DNA of 64,000 nt from an uncultured bacterium (GTDB lineage: Bacteria; Cyanobacteriota; Vampirovibrionia; Gastranaerophilales; Gastranaerophilaceae), in NCBI GenBank assembly GCA_902777605.1, contig CACYUI010000002.1, forward strand, positions 33,337-97,336, written 5' to 3'. Made by a program: the position numbers and the translations under genes. Within the stretch, counting starts at the first letter, position 1. Every line of letters begins with the position of its first letter. This document shows, one piece after another, positions 46,203 to 57,532 of this stretch. The notes under the pieces are model-generated. The model searched no databases. It saw nothing but the letters and a program-made list of their open reading frames with translations, and was not told the DNA's origin.

Positions 46203-47266
46203 TGGAATTTATAAAGAAACTATTTGATGATAAATTTGCAAAAGCAGCATTTTTAATACTTTCAATTTTATATTTATTAATAATTTTTGCAGATTTTATT
46301 GCACCTTATTCAAGCAATTATTCTAACAGGGAAATGTCTTATGCACCACCATCTCAAATATATACAATTAATGAGAAGGGCAAACTCTCTCGACCATATA
46401 CTTATAATTATATTAGAAAATATGATCCTGCTCTTATGCAAACTGTATACAAACAAGACCGATGTAAAAAACACTATCTAAGGCTTTTACCAAAAGGTGA
46501 AGGATATAAATTTTTAGGTATAATACCAACTCACAGGCACTTGTTCGGAACAAACGATGGAGGACAATTATACTTATTAGGAACTGATATAAATGGAAGA
46601 GATGTTTTTTCCAGATTGCTATTTGGGGGTAGAATTTCTATGACAGTAGGATTCTTATCTTTATTAATAGTCTTTCCAATAGGTCTATTGTACGGAGGTA
46701 TTTCAGGATATTTCGGAGGAATTATTGATACATTAATGATGAGATTTGCCGAAGCTATAATGGCGATTCCAAGCTTTTACCTTTTAATTATTCTTGCTGC
46801 AATTTTACCGAGTGGAATGACAAGTGTTCAGAGGTTTGCTCTAATTGTTGTAATTTTAGCTCTTATCGGCTGGGCAGGGTTTGCGAGAGTTGTGAGAGGT
46901 ATGGTTCTTTCTATTAAACAAGAGGATTTTGTTCAGGCTGAAAAAGTTATTGGAGCATCAACACTAAGAATTATTCTAAAACACATTATTCCACAGACAA
47001 CGAGTTATGTTATTATTGCAATGACATTAAGTGTACCTTCATATATATTAGCGGAATCTGGTCTAAGCTTTCTAGGTTTAGGAATACAACAACCTGATGC
47101 GAGTTGGGGAAATATGCTTAAAGAAGCACAAGAATTTACAAATATTCTATACAGGCCCTGGCTTCTAGCTCCAGGGGGATTAATATTTATTGCAGTTTTG
47201 TCATTCAACATACTAGGAGATGCAATTCGAGATATACTTGATCCTAAAGGTGAAGTCAGAAGATAA
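46199..47266 (+). CDS. Oligopeptide ABC transporter permease (OppC/DppC-like)
   Basis: LGTDINGRDVFSRLLFGGRISM, KHIIPQ, ESGLSFLGLGIQQPDASWG. Confidence 0.92.
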   Translation: MMEFIKKLFDDKFAKAAFLILSILYLLIIFADFIAPYSSNYSNREMSYAPPSQIYTINEKGKLSRPYTYNYIRKYDPALMQTVYKQDRCKKHYLRLLPKGEGYKFLGIIPTHRHLFGTNDGGQLYLLGTDINGRDVFSRLLFGGRISMTVGFLSLLIVFPIGLLYGGISGYFGGIIDTLMMRFAEAIMAIPSFYLLIILAAILPSGMTSVQRFALIVVILALIGWAGFARVVRGMVLSIKQEDFVQAEKVIGASTLRIILKHIIPQTTSYVIIAMTLSVPSYILAESGLSFLGLGIQQPDASWGNMLKEAQEFTNILYRPWLLAPGGLIFIAVLSFNILGDAIRDILDPKGEVRR

Positions 47267-47282
47267 GCTGATATTTAGCATA

Positions 47283-48296
47283 TTAAATAATTTCTTTACC
47301 CACAATCGGGGCAATTTGCTTAATTTGTTTATATAAAAGATCATATTGCCATGGATACAAAGATTGAGCACCGTCACAGACAGCTCTGTCAGGATCATAA
47401 TGAACTTCTATTATCAAACCGTCACAACCTGCAGCTACTGCAGCTCTGGACATTGGTTCTACCTTATCACGCAGCCCAGTTGCATGAGATGGGTCTATAA
47501 TGATTGGCAAATGACTCAATTTTTTGATTACAGGAATTGAAGTCAAGTCTAAAGTGTTACGAGTGAATTTTTCAAAAGTTCTTATCCCTCTTTCGCAAAG
47601 TATAACTTGGTTGTTTCCGCCAGCCATAATATATTCTGCTGACATAAGCCATTCTTCATATGTAGAGGACAGCCCTCTTTTTAAAATTACAGGCTTATGG
47701 GCGTGACCAAGTTCTTTTAGCAAATTAAAGTTCTGCATATTTCTTGCGCCTACTTGAAGAATATCAACATATTTTTCAAACATAGTTAATTGAGAGCTTT
47801 CCATAATTTCAGAAGTTACTGCCATACCGTGGTTATCTGCAACACTTCTTATAATTTTGAGCCCTTCTTCTCCCATACCTTGAAATGCATATGGGCTCGT
47901 TCTTGGCTTAAACGCTCCCCCTCTTATGATTTTAACATTTGATTCAGATAGTTCTTGTGCTGTTTCATCCATTTGGTCATAAGATTCAATCGTGCAAGGA
48001 CCTGCGATAAGTCCAGTATACTTGTCACCAAATTTTACTCCATTAACTTCTACAATTGTATCTTTACCCTGACAAGCTCTAGCAGCTAGTTTGTAGTTAG
48101 TAGAAAGTTTTATAACTTCATCAACACCTTGCAGAAGTTCGAAATCTCTTAAGTCGACTTCTTTTGTACCTATTGCATGAACTACCGTTCTTGCTTCCCC
48201 ATGTGATACACGAGCTTCAAAACCTTTTGATTCTATAAATAACGCAACTCTTTGGATATCTTTTTCGGTTGCGTGACTATTCATTACAACGAGCAT
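47283..48296 (-). CDS. aroF: DAHP synthase (type I-beta, N-terminal ferredoxin-like regulatory domain)
   Basis: IAGPCTIES, GGAFKPRTSPYAFQG, QVGARNMQNF, LCERGIRTF, DPSHATG. Confidence 0.93.
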   Translation of the reverse strand: MLVVMNSHATEKDIQRVALFIESKGFEARVSHGEARTVVHAIGTKEVDLRDFELLQGVDEVIKLSTNYKLAARACQGKDTIVEVNGVKFGDKYTGLIAGPCTIESYDQMDETAQELSESNVKIIRGGAFKPRTSPYAFQGMGEEGLKIIRSVADNHGMAVTSEIMESSQLTMFEKYVDILQVGARNMQNFNLLKELGHAHKPVILKRGLSSTYEEWLMSAEYIMAGGNNQVILCERGIRTFEKFTRNTLDLTSIPVIKKLSHLPIIIDPSHATGLRDKVEPMSRAAVAAGCDGLIIEVHYDPDRAVCDGAQSLYPWQYDLLYKQIKQIAPIVGKEII

Positions 48297-48381
48297 TCTT
48301 AAATCCTCCGATTAAGTCAATTATACATCAAAATTTTTTAAATAATTACCAATCAAAAATACATCATGCTATAATTTTGGT

Positions 48382-51204
48382 ATGACAGAAAAGATTACGA
48401 TTAAGGGAGCAAGAGAACATAACCTAAAGAATGTATCATTAGAAATTCCAAAGAATGAACTTGTTGTTTTTACAGGCGTTTCAGGTTCTGGAAAAAGTTC
48501 ACTTGCATTTGATACTATTTTTGCTGAAGGTCAAAGACGCTATATAGAAAGTCTTTCTACTTATGCACGCCAATTCTTAGGACAAATGGATAAGCCTGAT
48601 GTTGACTATATAGACGGGCTTACACCGGCAATTTCAATTGATCAAAAATCGACTAGCAACAACCCTCGTTCCACAGTAGGAACTGTTACAGAAATTTATG
48701 ATTATTTAAGGCTTTTGTATGCAAGAATTGGTACTCCTTATTGTCCTAAATGCGGAAAACCTATAAAACCGCAAACTATTGACGAAATTGTAGACAGCAT
48801 ATTAAAAATGCCTGCAGGCACGAAAATACAAATACTTGCCCCGCTGGCAAAAGGCAAAAAGGGAGAATTTGTTTCTTTGTTCGAAGAGCTCAGACAAGAA
48901 GGTTTTGTTAGAGTAAAAGTTGATGGCGAAATATATAATCTTGATGAGGATGAAGTTAAACTTGCTAAAACAAAGGCACATACAATTTCTGTTGTTGTAG
49001 ATAGAGTTGTTGTAAAACCGGAAGCCCGTTCAAGAATTGCAGATTCTGTTCAAATTGCTCTTAAAAAGGCGGACGGAATTACAAATATTGATAAGCTCGA
49101 CGGAGAAGAAATAATTTACAGTGAAAAGCTGGCATGTCCTGATTGTAATACAAGTTTTGAAGAATTAACACCGAGAATATTCTCATTTAATGCCCCATAT
49201 GGCGCCTGCCCAAAGTGTGGCGGCTTGGGAGTAGATTTTAGAATTGATCCCGATCTTGTAGTACCCGACAGAGCGAAATCTGTTAATGAAGGTGCAATTT
49301 ACCCTTGGAGCAAGTCATCAACTTCTTATTATGATGATGTATTGGCGGCAGTAGAACTTGCTTATAATATCGATTATGATATTCCGTTTGAGGATTTACC
49401 AAAAGAACATCAAGATATTTTATTATATGGTTCAAACGAGAGAATACCGATGAGAATAAGAGAATTTGGTTCTCACAGATACAGAAATGTCTTGCAAAAA
49501 TTTATCGGAGTTATCCCATTTTTGATGAAACATTACAACATAGAAAGCGAATATTGGAAAGCAGAAATAGAAAAATATATGGTTACTACTCCTTGCGAAG
49601 AATGTGGTGGTGCAAGGCTTAAACCATTCCCACTTGCTGTTAGAATCAATGGAGTTAACATTTATGAATTCTGTAAAATGCCTATAGATAAAGCACATGA
49701 ATTTATAACAGATTTGTATTTAACCCTAACAGATTTTCAAATGAAAATTGGTAAACAAATTTTGGATGAACTTCGTGCAAGACTTAAATTTTTGTGTGAT
49801 GTAGGTTTAAATTACTTGGATTTAGCAAGAGCTGCAGGTACCCTTTCAGGCGGAGAAGCCCAGAGAATTAGATTGGCAACACAAATAGGAAGCGGACTCT
49901 CAGGAGTCTTGTATGTTCTCGATGAACCATCTATTGGATTGCATCAAAGAGATAATGACAGGCTTATTAAAACTCTTATGAAGCTCAGAAATATGGGCAA
50001 TTCTTTGATTGTTGTAGAGCACGACGAGGATACAATAAGAAATGCAGATTATGTAGTTGATATTGGACCAAAAGCAGGAGTTAACGGTGGAAATGTAATA
50101 GCACAAGGAAGAGTAGATGATATTATTTCCTGCGAAAAATCCATAACCGGTAAATACCTGAGCGGTGAATGGAATATTCCATTACCTAAAAAAACAAGAG
50201 AAGGAAACGGAAATTTCTTACAAATAAGAAACGCTTTTAGAAATAACCTAAAAAATATTGACCTCGATATTCCTTTAGGTAAGATTGTTGTACTGACAGG
50301 AGTTTCAGGTTCAGGCAAATCAACACTTATGCAGGATTTGATTTATGAGTACGCAATACATAAATTAAGAAAAAATAAACCAAAACCGCAAGGAGTAGGT
50401 GAAATATTAGGGTTTGAAAACCTTGATAAAATTATAGACATTGACCAATCACCAATTGGCAGAACACCTAGGTCTAACCCTGCAACATATACGGATGTTT
50501 TTACTCCTATAAGAGAGCTCTATGCAAAGACTAACGAAGCTAAAATGCGAGGATATAAAGCCGGAAGATTTAGCTTTAATGTAAAGGGCGGAAGATGTGA
50601 AGCTTGCCAAGGTGATGGTGTTTTAAAAATAGAAATGAACTTCTTATCAGATGTTTATGTAAAATGTGATGTTTGTAAAGGGAAACGCTACAATAATGAA
50701 ACACTAGAGGTTAAGTACAAAGGGAAAACAATTTCAGATGTCTTAGAAATGAGTGTAAAAGAAGCATATGAGTTTTTTGAAAACATACCTCAAATCGCAA
50801 ACAAGCTAAAAACTCTTAATGATGTCGGCTTAGATTATATAAAGCTTGGGCAGAGTGCAACTACACTTTCAGGAGGAGAAGCGCAAAGAATTAAACTTGC
50901 ATCAGAACTAAATAAACGCGCAACAGGAAAAACTCTTTATCTTTTGGATGAACCAACAACTGGTTTACATTGGTACGATTTAGATAAGCTCATAAAGATT
51001 ATTCAGCAGCTTGCCGATAACGGAAACACTATTTTGATAATTGAACACAACTTGGATTTGATAAAAGTTGCTGATTACATCATCGATCTTGGGCCTGAAG
51101 GCGGTAATGCGGGCGGAGAAGTCGTTGCCTGCGGGACACCAAAAGAAGTATCAAAAAATCCGAAGTCATATACAGGTCAATATCTAAAACAATATTTTTC
51201 ATAA
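48382..51204 (+). CDS. uvrA: Excinuclease ABC subunit A
   Basis: GAREHNLKN, two GVSGSGKS Walker A motifs, LSGGEAQRI twice, Zn fingers. Confidence 0.98.
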   Translation: MTEKITIKGAREHNLKNVSLEIPKNELVVFTGVSGSGKSSLAFDTIFAEGQRRYIESLSTYARQFLGQMDKPDVDYIDGLTPAISIDQKSTSNNPRSTVGTVTEIYDYLRLLYARIGTPYCPKCGKPIKPQTIDEIVDSILKMPAGTKIQILAPLAKGKKGEFVSLFEELRQEGFVRVKVDGEIYNLDEDEVKLAKTKAHTISVVVDRVVVKPEARSRIADSVQIALKKADGITNIDKLDGEEIIYSEKLACPDCNTSFEELTPRIFSFNAPYGACPKCGGLGVDFRIDPDLVVPDRAKSVNEGAIYPWSKSSTSYYDDVLAAVELAYNIDYDIPFEDLPKEHQDILLYGSNERIPMRIREFGSHRYRNVLQKFIGVIPFLMKHYNIESEYWKAEIEKYMVTTPCEECGGARLKPFPLAVRINGVNIYEFCKMPIDKAHEFITDLYLTLTDFQMKIGKQILDELRARLKFLCDVGLNYLDLARAAGTLSGGEAQRIRLATQIGSGLSGVLYVLDEPSIGLHQRDNDRLIKTLMKLRNMGNSLIVVEHDEDTIRNADYVVDIGPKAGVNGGNVIAQGRVDDIISCEKSITGKYLSGEWNIPLPKKTREGNGNFLQIRNAFRNNLKNIDLDIPLGKIVVLTGVSGSGKSTLMQDLIYEYAIHKLRKNKPKPQGVGEILGFENLDKIIDIDQSPIGRTPRSNPATYTDVFTPIRELYAKTNEAKMRGYKAGRFSFNVKGGRCEACQGDGVLKIEMNFLSDVYVKCDVCKGKRYNNETLEVKYKGKTISDVLEMSVKEAYEFFENIPQIANKLKTLNDVGLDYIKLGQSATTLSGGEAQRIKLASELNKRATGKTLYLLDEPTTGLHWYDLDKLIKIIQQLADNGNTILIIEHNLDLIKVADYIIDLGPEGGNAGGEVVACGTPKEVSKNPKSYTGQYLKQYFS

Positions 51205-51266
51205 TAATTGTTGATTATTACACAATTATCACTGACAAATTGTAATATTTAAAATATAATATTAAT

Positions 51267-52421
51267 ATGAAAAATTATGCACAAAAAGCAATTATATGGT
51301 TATGTTTAGGGCATTTAGTTTGTGATATTTATACAGGTTTTCTTAATCCGATAATGCCGTTTATAGCTGCAAAACTTGGTTTTTCAATGGCAGTAGCGAC
51401 TGTTATTATAAGTATTTCTCATATATGTTCATCTATGTTACAGCCATTATTTGGATTTTTTGCTGATAATATGCTAAAGAGATTTTTCATATTTTGGGGA
51501 CTAATATTAGTTTCAGTTTTTATTCCTATGGCACCATTAACTCCAAATGTTTATTTTCTTTTGATTTTTATGATACTTGGAAGTCTTGGCGGAAGTTTTT
51601 TTCACCCGCAATCAATGGGATTTGTAAATATTTTTTCAGGGAATAAATGCTCCGAATATATGGGAATATTTATTAGCGTTGGCTCGTTAGGTTTTGCTTT
51701 AGGACCTTTACTTGCAGCATACATAACACAAATTATAGGACTTGACCACATTGCATTCACATCTGTTTTAGGTCTGACACTTGCGTTTACAATGTTTGCT
51801 TTTGTACCTAAGCTTTCAGTAACAGAAAAATTACCTAAACATAAAGAATTTATAAAATCTTTTAAAGAAATCCTCAATAATCGCCAGATGGACTATTTAA
51901 TGCTTATTGCAATGATGAAATCACTTGTAACAAATAGTTCTTGCATATTGCTACCATTTTTATGGAAAAATATGGGATACACGCCATTTTATATCGGATT
52001 TGCACTCTTCTTATTTGTATTTGCAGGAGCAGTCGGATCATTTTTAAGTCCTAAAGCAGAAAAAATATTCGGTTCAAAATCTATAATATATTTTTCTATG
52101 TGGGCAACATTCCCGATGTTATTGGCATTTGGATTTTTATATAAAACACACGCAATAATTTCTTTAATAATGTTTGCAACAATTGGGTTTACAACAATGT
52201 TGGCACAACCGGTAACTATGGTATGGGCACAAAGAACCCTACCGCAATATAGAAGCATTGTTGCTGGATTTATTAACGGATTTTGTTGGGGAACAGTAGC
52301 GCTTTGTATGTCGATTTTAGGTGCAGTTGCACAAAAATTTGGAATAATGAATGTACTTATTATTTTGAGTATAATTCCAATACTATCGTCACATTTTGTA
52401 AAATACTTAAAAGAAGATTAA
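51267..52421 (+). CDS. MFS transporter (Fsr/fosmidomycin-resistance-like)
   Basis: ~12 TM; QPLFGFFAD, FHPQS, GSLGFALGP. Confidence 0.8.
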   Translation: MKNYAQKAIIWLCLGHLVCDIYTGFLNPIMPFIAAKLGFSMAVATVIISISHICSSMLQPLFGFFADNMLKRFFIFWGLILVSVFIPMAPLTPNVYFLLIFMILGSLGGSFFHPQSMGFVNIFSGNKCSEYMGIFISVGSLGFALGPLLAAYITQIIGLDHIAFTSVLGLTLAFTMFAFVPKLSVTEKLPKHKEFIKSFKEILNNRQMDYLMLIAMMKSLVTNSSCILLPFLWKNMGYTPFYIGFALFLFVFAGAVGSFLSPKAEKIFGSKSIIYFSMWATFPMLLAFGFLYKTHAIISLIMFATIGFTTMLAQPVTMVWAQRTLPQYRSIVAGFINGFCWGTVALCMSILGAVAQKFGIMNVLIILSIIPILSSHFVKYLKED

Positions 52422-52456
52422 TTTTATAGTATAATACCTTTCAGGGAGCTAATATT

Positions 52457-53584
52457 TTGACAAACCTATTTAATAAGTATTTTGATGATTTTAAAAATCC
52501 AAAACTGCTGGATAAATATATTTTAAAGCAGGTAATTGAAATGTTCATAATGGGCGTTTTAGTATTCACATCTATTATTTTTGCTTCTGATACATTTATT
52601 ACACTAATAAAACAGATTTCCATGTACGGAATTCCTTTTAAAATTGCGTTTCTAATTATTATATTACATCTGCCTGCTGTATTCGTAATGACAATTCCAA
52701 TGGGAGTTCTACTTGCAACGGTAATGACATTAAATGGTTTAAGTCTTAGCTCCGAAATCACTGTTATGAGAGCATGTGGAATCGGATTAAATAGAATTGC
52801 AAAACCAATATTTATATTTGCAATTGTAATGGCATGCATTAGCTTTGTTGTTAATGAAACAATAGTACCAATTATGACAAAACAATCAACAGACTTGGCT
52901 TTATATGCGTTTAGCAAAAAGAATATACCGGAAGGAAAACATAATTTTACATTTAAAGAAGTCAAAGACGGAGGGTCATTAAAGCGTCTTTTTTATGTAG
53001 GTGATTGCACAAATGAAACATTGCATAATATTACAGTTATGGATGCTTCAAAAGACGGAACAATTCAAATTCTACAGGCAAGAGAAGGTACAACAACAGA
53101 AGAAGGTTGGAAATTTCAAAAAGGTGCTATATACACTGTAACTAACAGAGGTAAAGCTTTAGACACTACTATGTTTGAAGATTCTACAATAAATTTCGGT
53201 ATGGATTTATCTGACGAAATAAACAGAAATATGGCAAATGAGCGTAATTTTATTAAATTATTTAAATTTATAAAAACGGCAAAACCGGAGGATAGACAAT
53301 GGCTTGCTGTAAGCATGTATGATAAAATTGCTCTTCCCTTAACAACAGTTGTATTAGTTCTGATAGGAGTTCCACTGGCAATTACTCCTCCAAGAGTTAG
53401 ATATAACAGAGGATTTTTATTCAGCATTTTAATTATTTTTGCGTATTACCTTATTAGAGCCTTATCAATATCATTTGGAGAAGCCGGTTCATTAGCGCCG
53501 TCATTGGCAGCATTTATGCCTAATATAGTACTAGCTATAGCAGGTATTGGTTTGTATTATAGAAAAGTTTATACAATTTGTTAG
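52457..53584 (+). CDS. LPS export permease LptF/LptG family
   Basis: TTG start; LDKYILKQ, SEITVMRACGIGL, PLTTVVLVLIGVPLA, AAFMPN. Confidence 0.88.
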   Translation: MTNLFNKYFDDFKNPKLLDKYILKQVIEMFIMGVLVFTSIIFASDTFITLIKQISMYGIPFKIAFLIIILHLPAVFVMTIPMGVLLATVMTLNGLSLSSEITVMRACGIGLNRIAKPIFIFAIVMACISFVVNETIVPIMTKQSTDLALYAFSKKNIPEGKHNFTFKEVKDGGSLKRLFYVGDCTNETLHNITVMDASKDGTIQILQAREGTTTEEGWKFQKGAIYTVTNRGKALDTTMFEDSTINFGMDLSDEINRNMANERNFIKLFKFIKTAKPEDRQWLAVSMYDKIALPLTTVVLVLIGVPLAITPPRVRYNRGFLFSILIIFAYYLIRALSISFGEAGSLAPSLAAFMPNIVLAIAGIGLYYRKVYTIC

Positions 53585-53593
53585 GCACTGCAT

Positions 53594-54421
53594 ATGGATA
53601 GATATAGGTTAATTGGAAGTATAATTTTTCTATATGTGATGCTTTTAACAGAATATCCGTTACCTACTATTATAACAACGATTGTGATTATTGCAGCATA
53701 CTTGATTATCAGATTTGCACCAAATATCGGTGCAAACAATAAAGGCTTTTACAATATACATTCTAATAGAGGAGCTAGATTAGCTGCATTGGATGTAGCA
53801 GCAATATATCTATCACCTTATACAGACATTTGGCGAAATCTTAAGCTAACCAACAAGAATTGCATTGCAATATTAGGACATAACGGAGAAAGAATTGTAG
53901 TCAGAGAAAAAACGCATAATACTAATGCTCCCTATAGAACATTCCGTATTATACAATCTAAAAGGTATAATATGCAAGAAGTTTGGAATATGTTTTGCTT
54001 AAATTTTGATTACCATACAACTTATGATGATTTAGTATTTAAGTGTAAAGAACTTTTTAAAGTATCAATATTAGAAAGTTATAACGGCAACACATCTGTA
54101 TCAAGCACTGCTTCTAAAATTTATAAGAACAATAAATCCGTAATTGAAAACAACACAAGCAATGATAATATCAAAAAAGTTGATATTAATAATGCATCAG
54201 AGATTGAATTAACGGAGCTTCCGGGAATAAGTATTGTAATATCTAAAAAGATAATAAAAAAACGAGAAGAAATAAACGGTTTTAAAAATATTCATGACTT
54301 CTTCATGTTTATCAAAGTTAAACCTCACATGGAAGAACAATTAAAAGATAAAATATGTGTAAATGAAATGAAAGGTTCACTAAAAATTGAGCGTTTTCAG
54401 GAAAGGCATATTGATTTTTAA
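53594..54421 (+). CDS. Membrane protein with C-terminal ComEA-like helix-hairpin-helix
   Basis: Two N-terminal TM helices; VDINNASEIELTELPGISIVISKKII. Confidence 0.75.
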   Translation: MDRYRLIGSIIFLYVMLLTEYPLPTIITTIVIIAAYLIIRFAPNIGANNKGFYNIHSNRGARLAALDVAAIYLSPYTDIWRNLKLTNKNCIAILGHNGERIVVREKTHNTNAPYRTFRIIQSKRYNMQEVWNMFCLNFDYHTTYDDLVFKCKELFKVSILESYNGNTSVSSTASKIYKNNKSVIENNTSNDNIKKVDINNASEIELTELPGISIVISKKIIKKREEINGFKNIHDFFMFIKVKPHMEEQLKDKICVNEMKGSLKIERFQERHIDF

Positions 54422-55237
54422 ATGGATATAATTAATTTGATTGATATTATAGTTATCATATTTGTTTTATTAGTTATATATATAGCTAGAAGTATAGAAC
54501 GAAAAAATATTCAAAAGCGTTCAGAATTAGAAAGACGCTTGCACATTTTTATGAATCAAGGAAAAATTAAAAACAGACTAATAAACGCCAACTGTGAAAT
54601 ACGACTTATAAACATTGGGTCATTAACTAAAAACAATAATTTAGTATTGTTCTGCAAAGAGCACCCACTACCGGGTAGATTAGGCAAAAAATTTACATTA
54701 TCTGATACAAGAGAGCATGTTGCTACTATATGGGCAATGTTCAACATGGAATTTAATAATGCAACAAATATTAATTCTTTAAAGACATTATACGCTCTGC
54801 TAAACCCAAGATACAAATATTTATTGAATGAAAATAGTAAAACTTATGAAAACCTATTGCCTGAAAATATGGCAGAAAATGAATATTGCAGAATGGAACT
54901 GGTACAACAAAAACTAAACGAATTTGTATTAATTGTATATGATATTTGGGATTGTTCTGAAGAACCAAGAAATTTTATAATAAAAGGAAGTTATGACTAT
55001 CTCAACAGAATATTAACAGAATTTAAATTGAAAAAAAATAAATTTAGAATGTTTTATGAAATAAAAAATGATTATCAATTACAAAATGATAATGAAGTTA
55101 TAGTAAAACCTCAAGATGAAATTGTTAATCCTGAATCAAACGAAAAGACAGTTTACAGTAATGAAAAGGAAAATTTTTATAAAAATACTATTGAACAATA
55201 TATTCAAAAGAATAACGAGAGAAAGCTGGATTTATAG
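54422..55237 (+). CDS. Hypothetical membrane-anchored protein, partial paralog of 53594-54421
   Basis: N-terminal TM; shared WxMFxxxFxxxT motif; C-terminal ERKLDL versus ERHIDF. Confidence 0.65.
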   Translation: MDIINLIDIIVIIFVLLVIYIARSIERKNIQKRSELERRLHIFMNQGKIKNRLINANCEIRLINIGSLTKNNNLVLFCKEHPLPGRLGKKFTLSDTREHVATIWAMFNMEFNNATNINSLKTLYALLNPRYKYLLNENSKTYENLLPENMAENEYCRMELVQQKLNEFVLIVYDIWDCSEEPRNFIIKGSYDYLNRILTEFKLKKNKFRMFYEIKNDYQLQNDNEVIVKPQDEIVNPESNEKTVYSNEKENFYKNTIEQYIQKNNERKLDL

Positions 55238-55834
55238 ATGAAGCTTAGAGTATATAATATTGTAAAAAATACTAAAGTTGAAGGTCCTGAAACGAGATAT
55301 TGCATCTGGGTACAAGGATGCTCCAAACACTGCAAAGGATGTCAAGCTACTCATACTTGGTCACACAATGGCGGTAGATTATATAAAGTAAGTGATATTA
55401 TAGACGATATAAAATTTCACAAAAATAAGGTTGAAGGAGTAACCTTTCTAGGTGGTGAACCTTTTGAACAATCAGAGGCATTGGGAATAATAGCAGAAGA
55501 AGTCCAAAAAATGGGACTTGGAGTTTTATGTTTTACTGGAAATTTATTGGAAGATTTACTTAAAAACAAAAAACATACAAAACTTCTTAAAAATACTGAT
55601 TTACTTATTGACGGCGCATTTGAAAAAGACAAAGTTGATTATTCGCGTCCTTGGTGCGGATCCTCAAATCAAAGATACCATTTTTTATCAAAAAGATATA
55701 ATGAAGAAATTTTTACAAAATACAAAAACAAAGTAGAAGTTAACATAAATCCTAATGGCATAGTTTTTATGAACGGAATGGGAAATTTTGAAAAAATTCT
55801 CAAAAAAATTGATTTGAAAAATATCGAAAAATAA
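55238..55834 (+). CDS. NrdG-like radical SAM / 4Fe-4S single-cluster protein
   Basis: VEGPETR...WVQGCSKHCKGC (CxxxCxxC), GVTFLGGEPFEQ, DLLIDG, WCGSSNQ. Confidence 0.85.
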   Translation: MKLRVYNIVKNTKVEGPETRYCIWVQGCSKHCKGCQATHTWSHNGGRLYKVSDIIDDIKFHKNKVEGVTFLGGEPFEQSEALGIIAEEVQKMGLGVLCFTGNLLEDLLKNKKHTKLLKNTDLLIDGAFEKDKVDYSRPWCGSSNQRYHFLSKRYNEEIFTKYKNKVEVNINPNGIVFMNGMGNFEKILKKIDLKNIEK

Positions 55835-55865
55835 GAGAAGGTACACTATTATGTACCTTCTCTTA
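55832..55865. terminator. Hairpin between convergent genes
   Basis: TAAGAGAAGGTACA-ctatta-TGTACCTTCTCTTA. Confidence 0.7.
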
Positions 55866-55882
55866 CATATATTTCATTAAAA

Positions 55883-57346
55883 TTAAATATTAGCAAGTTT
55901 CTTATAGTAATCATGTGATTGCTCAAACTTATAAGCAAAGTTAAATAATTTAGCTTCTGCCAGTTGAGGTGCCATTATTTGCAGTCCTATCGGCATACCA
56001 TCTTTATCAAACCCAGCCGGTATTGAAATAGCAGGTATTCCTGAAAGATTTGCACCAATAGTGGCAATATCTGTCAAATACATAGCGAGCGGATCCTCTG
56101 TTTTTGAACCTAAGTCAAAAGCTGTATTAGGGCATGTTGGTGCTATTAGTACATCTACTTGTTCAAAAGCCTTCAAAAAGTCTTCGTGAACAACTCTTCT
56201 CATTTGCAAGGCTTTTTTATAATATGCATCATAATATCCTGAGCTTAAAGCATATGTCCCAAGCATTATACGGCGTTTAACTTCAGGCCCAAACCCTTCT
56301 GCACGAGATTTGCAATAAAGTTCGAGCAAATTCTTAGCATCAGGAGTCCTGTGACCGTATCTTACACCATCGAATCTGGCTAAGTTAGAACTACATTCCG
56401 CTGTTGCTAGGATATAATAAATACCAATTGAATGCTTTATATTTGGTAAAGAAATTTCAATAATTTCTGCACCTATTGATTTATATGTATCAATTGCACC
56501 TTGAATTGCTTTTGATACATCTTCTGATAAGCCTTCACCGACAAGTTCTTTAACTACACCGACTTTCAATCCTTTAATATCATTATTTAAACTCTTTCTG
56601 TAATTTTCCACAGGAAGATTAAGTGAAGTAGAGTCATGATAATCATAACCCGATATAACCTCTAAAAGAGCAGCTGCATCTTCTACAGTTCTAGCAAATG
56701 GACCTATTTGGTCAAGAGATGATGCAAACGCAATCAAACCATACCTTGATACCTTACCGTACGTAGGTTTCATACCAACAATCCCACAGAAGCTTGCAGG
56801 TAAACGAATACTTCCACCTGTATCTGATCCTAATGCAAGCGTAGCTTCACAAGAAGCAACGGAAGCTGCAGAACCACCTGAAGAACCTCCCGGGACTTTA
56901 TTTAAATTCCAAGGATTATGAACTTTTTTAAACGCTGAGTTTTCATTAGAAGAACCCATCGCAAACTCATCTAAATTTGCTTTACCAACAATTGGAATTA
57001 AGTTATCCAAAAGTTTTTGTGTTGCAGTTGCGTTATATGGTGAGACAAAGTTCTCTAAAATTTTGCTGGATGCTGTAGTTTTAGAGCCTTTAAGGTTCAT
57101 GTTATCTTTCAGCGCAAGCGGTACCCCTGCAAGAAGCGGTAATTCTTCACCAGCTGCGATTTTTTCATCGACTTTTTTTGCAGTATTGAGTGCAATTTCC
57201 TCCGTTAATGAATTAAAAGCACCTAACTTTTCATCAACTGACTTAATTCTATCTAATGCAGCACTCGTAAGCTCAACTGCTGATACTTCTTTATTTTTAA
57301 GCGCTTCTGATTGTTCTATTGCGCTCTTCTTTAATATCTCTAGCAT
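55883..57346 (-). CDS. gatA: Asp/Glu-tRNA amidotransferase subunit A
   Basis: GKANLDEFAMGSS, PGGSSGGSAA, GSDTGGSIR, VSRYGLIAFASSLD, EVKRRIMLGTY. Confidence 0.97.
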   Translation of the reverse strand: MLEILKKSAIEQSEALKNKEVSAVELTSAALDRIKSVDEKLGAFNSLTEEIALNTAKKVDEKIAAGEELPLLAGVPLALKDNMNLKGSKTTASSKILENFVSPYNATATQKLLDNLIPIVGKANLDEFAMGSSNENSAFKKVHNPWNLNKVPGGSSGGSAASVASCEATLALGSDTGGSIRLPASFCGIVGMKPTYGKVSRYGLIAFASSLDQIGPFARTVEDAAALLEVISGYDYHDSTSLNLPVENYRKSLNNDIKGLKVGVVKELVGEGLSEDVSKAIQGAIDTYKSIGAEIIEISLPNIKHSIGIYYILATAECSSNLARFDGVRYGHRTPDAKNLLELYCKSRAEGFGPEVKRRIMLGTYALSSGYYDAYYKKALQMRRVVHEDFLKAFEQVDVLIAPTCPNTAFDLGSKTEDPLAMYLTDIATIGANLSGIPAISIPAGFDKDGMPIGLQIMAPQLAEAKLFNFAYKFEQSHDYYKKLANI

Positions 57347-57465
57347 ACTTTCTCCTTAGGGGCAAATCATCCCATACCCCACAACATTAATTATATCAAA
57401 AACAAAAATAGAAACAAAATTTTAGTATCTAACCTGCTACTATATTAGCTTATTAGGATTTTAAT

Positions 57466-57493
57466 AAAAAAAAAGCTTGAGTAAAACTCAAGC
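57466..57493 (-). terminator. Intrinsic terminator
   Basis: Minus strand GCTTGAGT-ttt-ACTCAAGC-T9. Confidence 0.8.
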
Positions 57494-57532
57494 GGAAAAA
57501 GGGAAAAGGGATTAAAAAGGGAAATCTTACAT

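Noticed and set aside
43388-47266. ABC transporter lacking ATPase genes as a novel system
   Set aside because: oppD/oppF-type ATPases are often encoded elsewhere, so this is not informative without the whole genome
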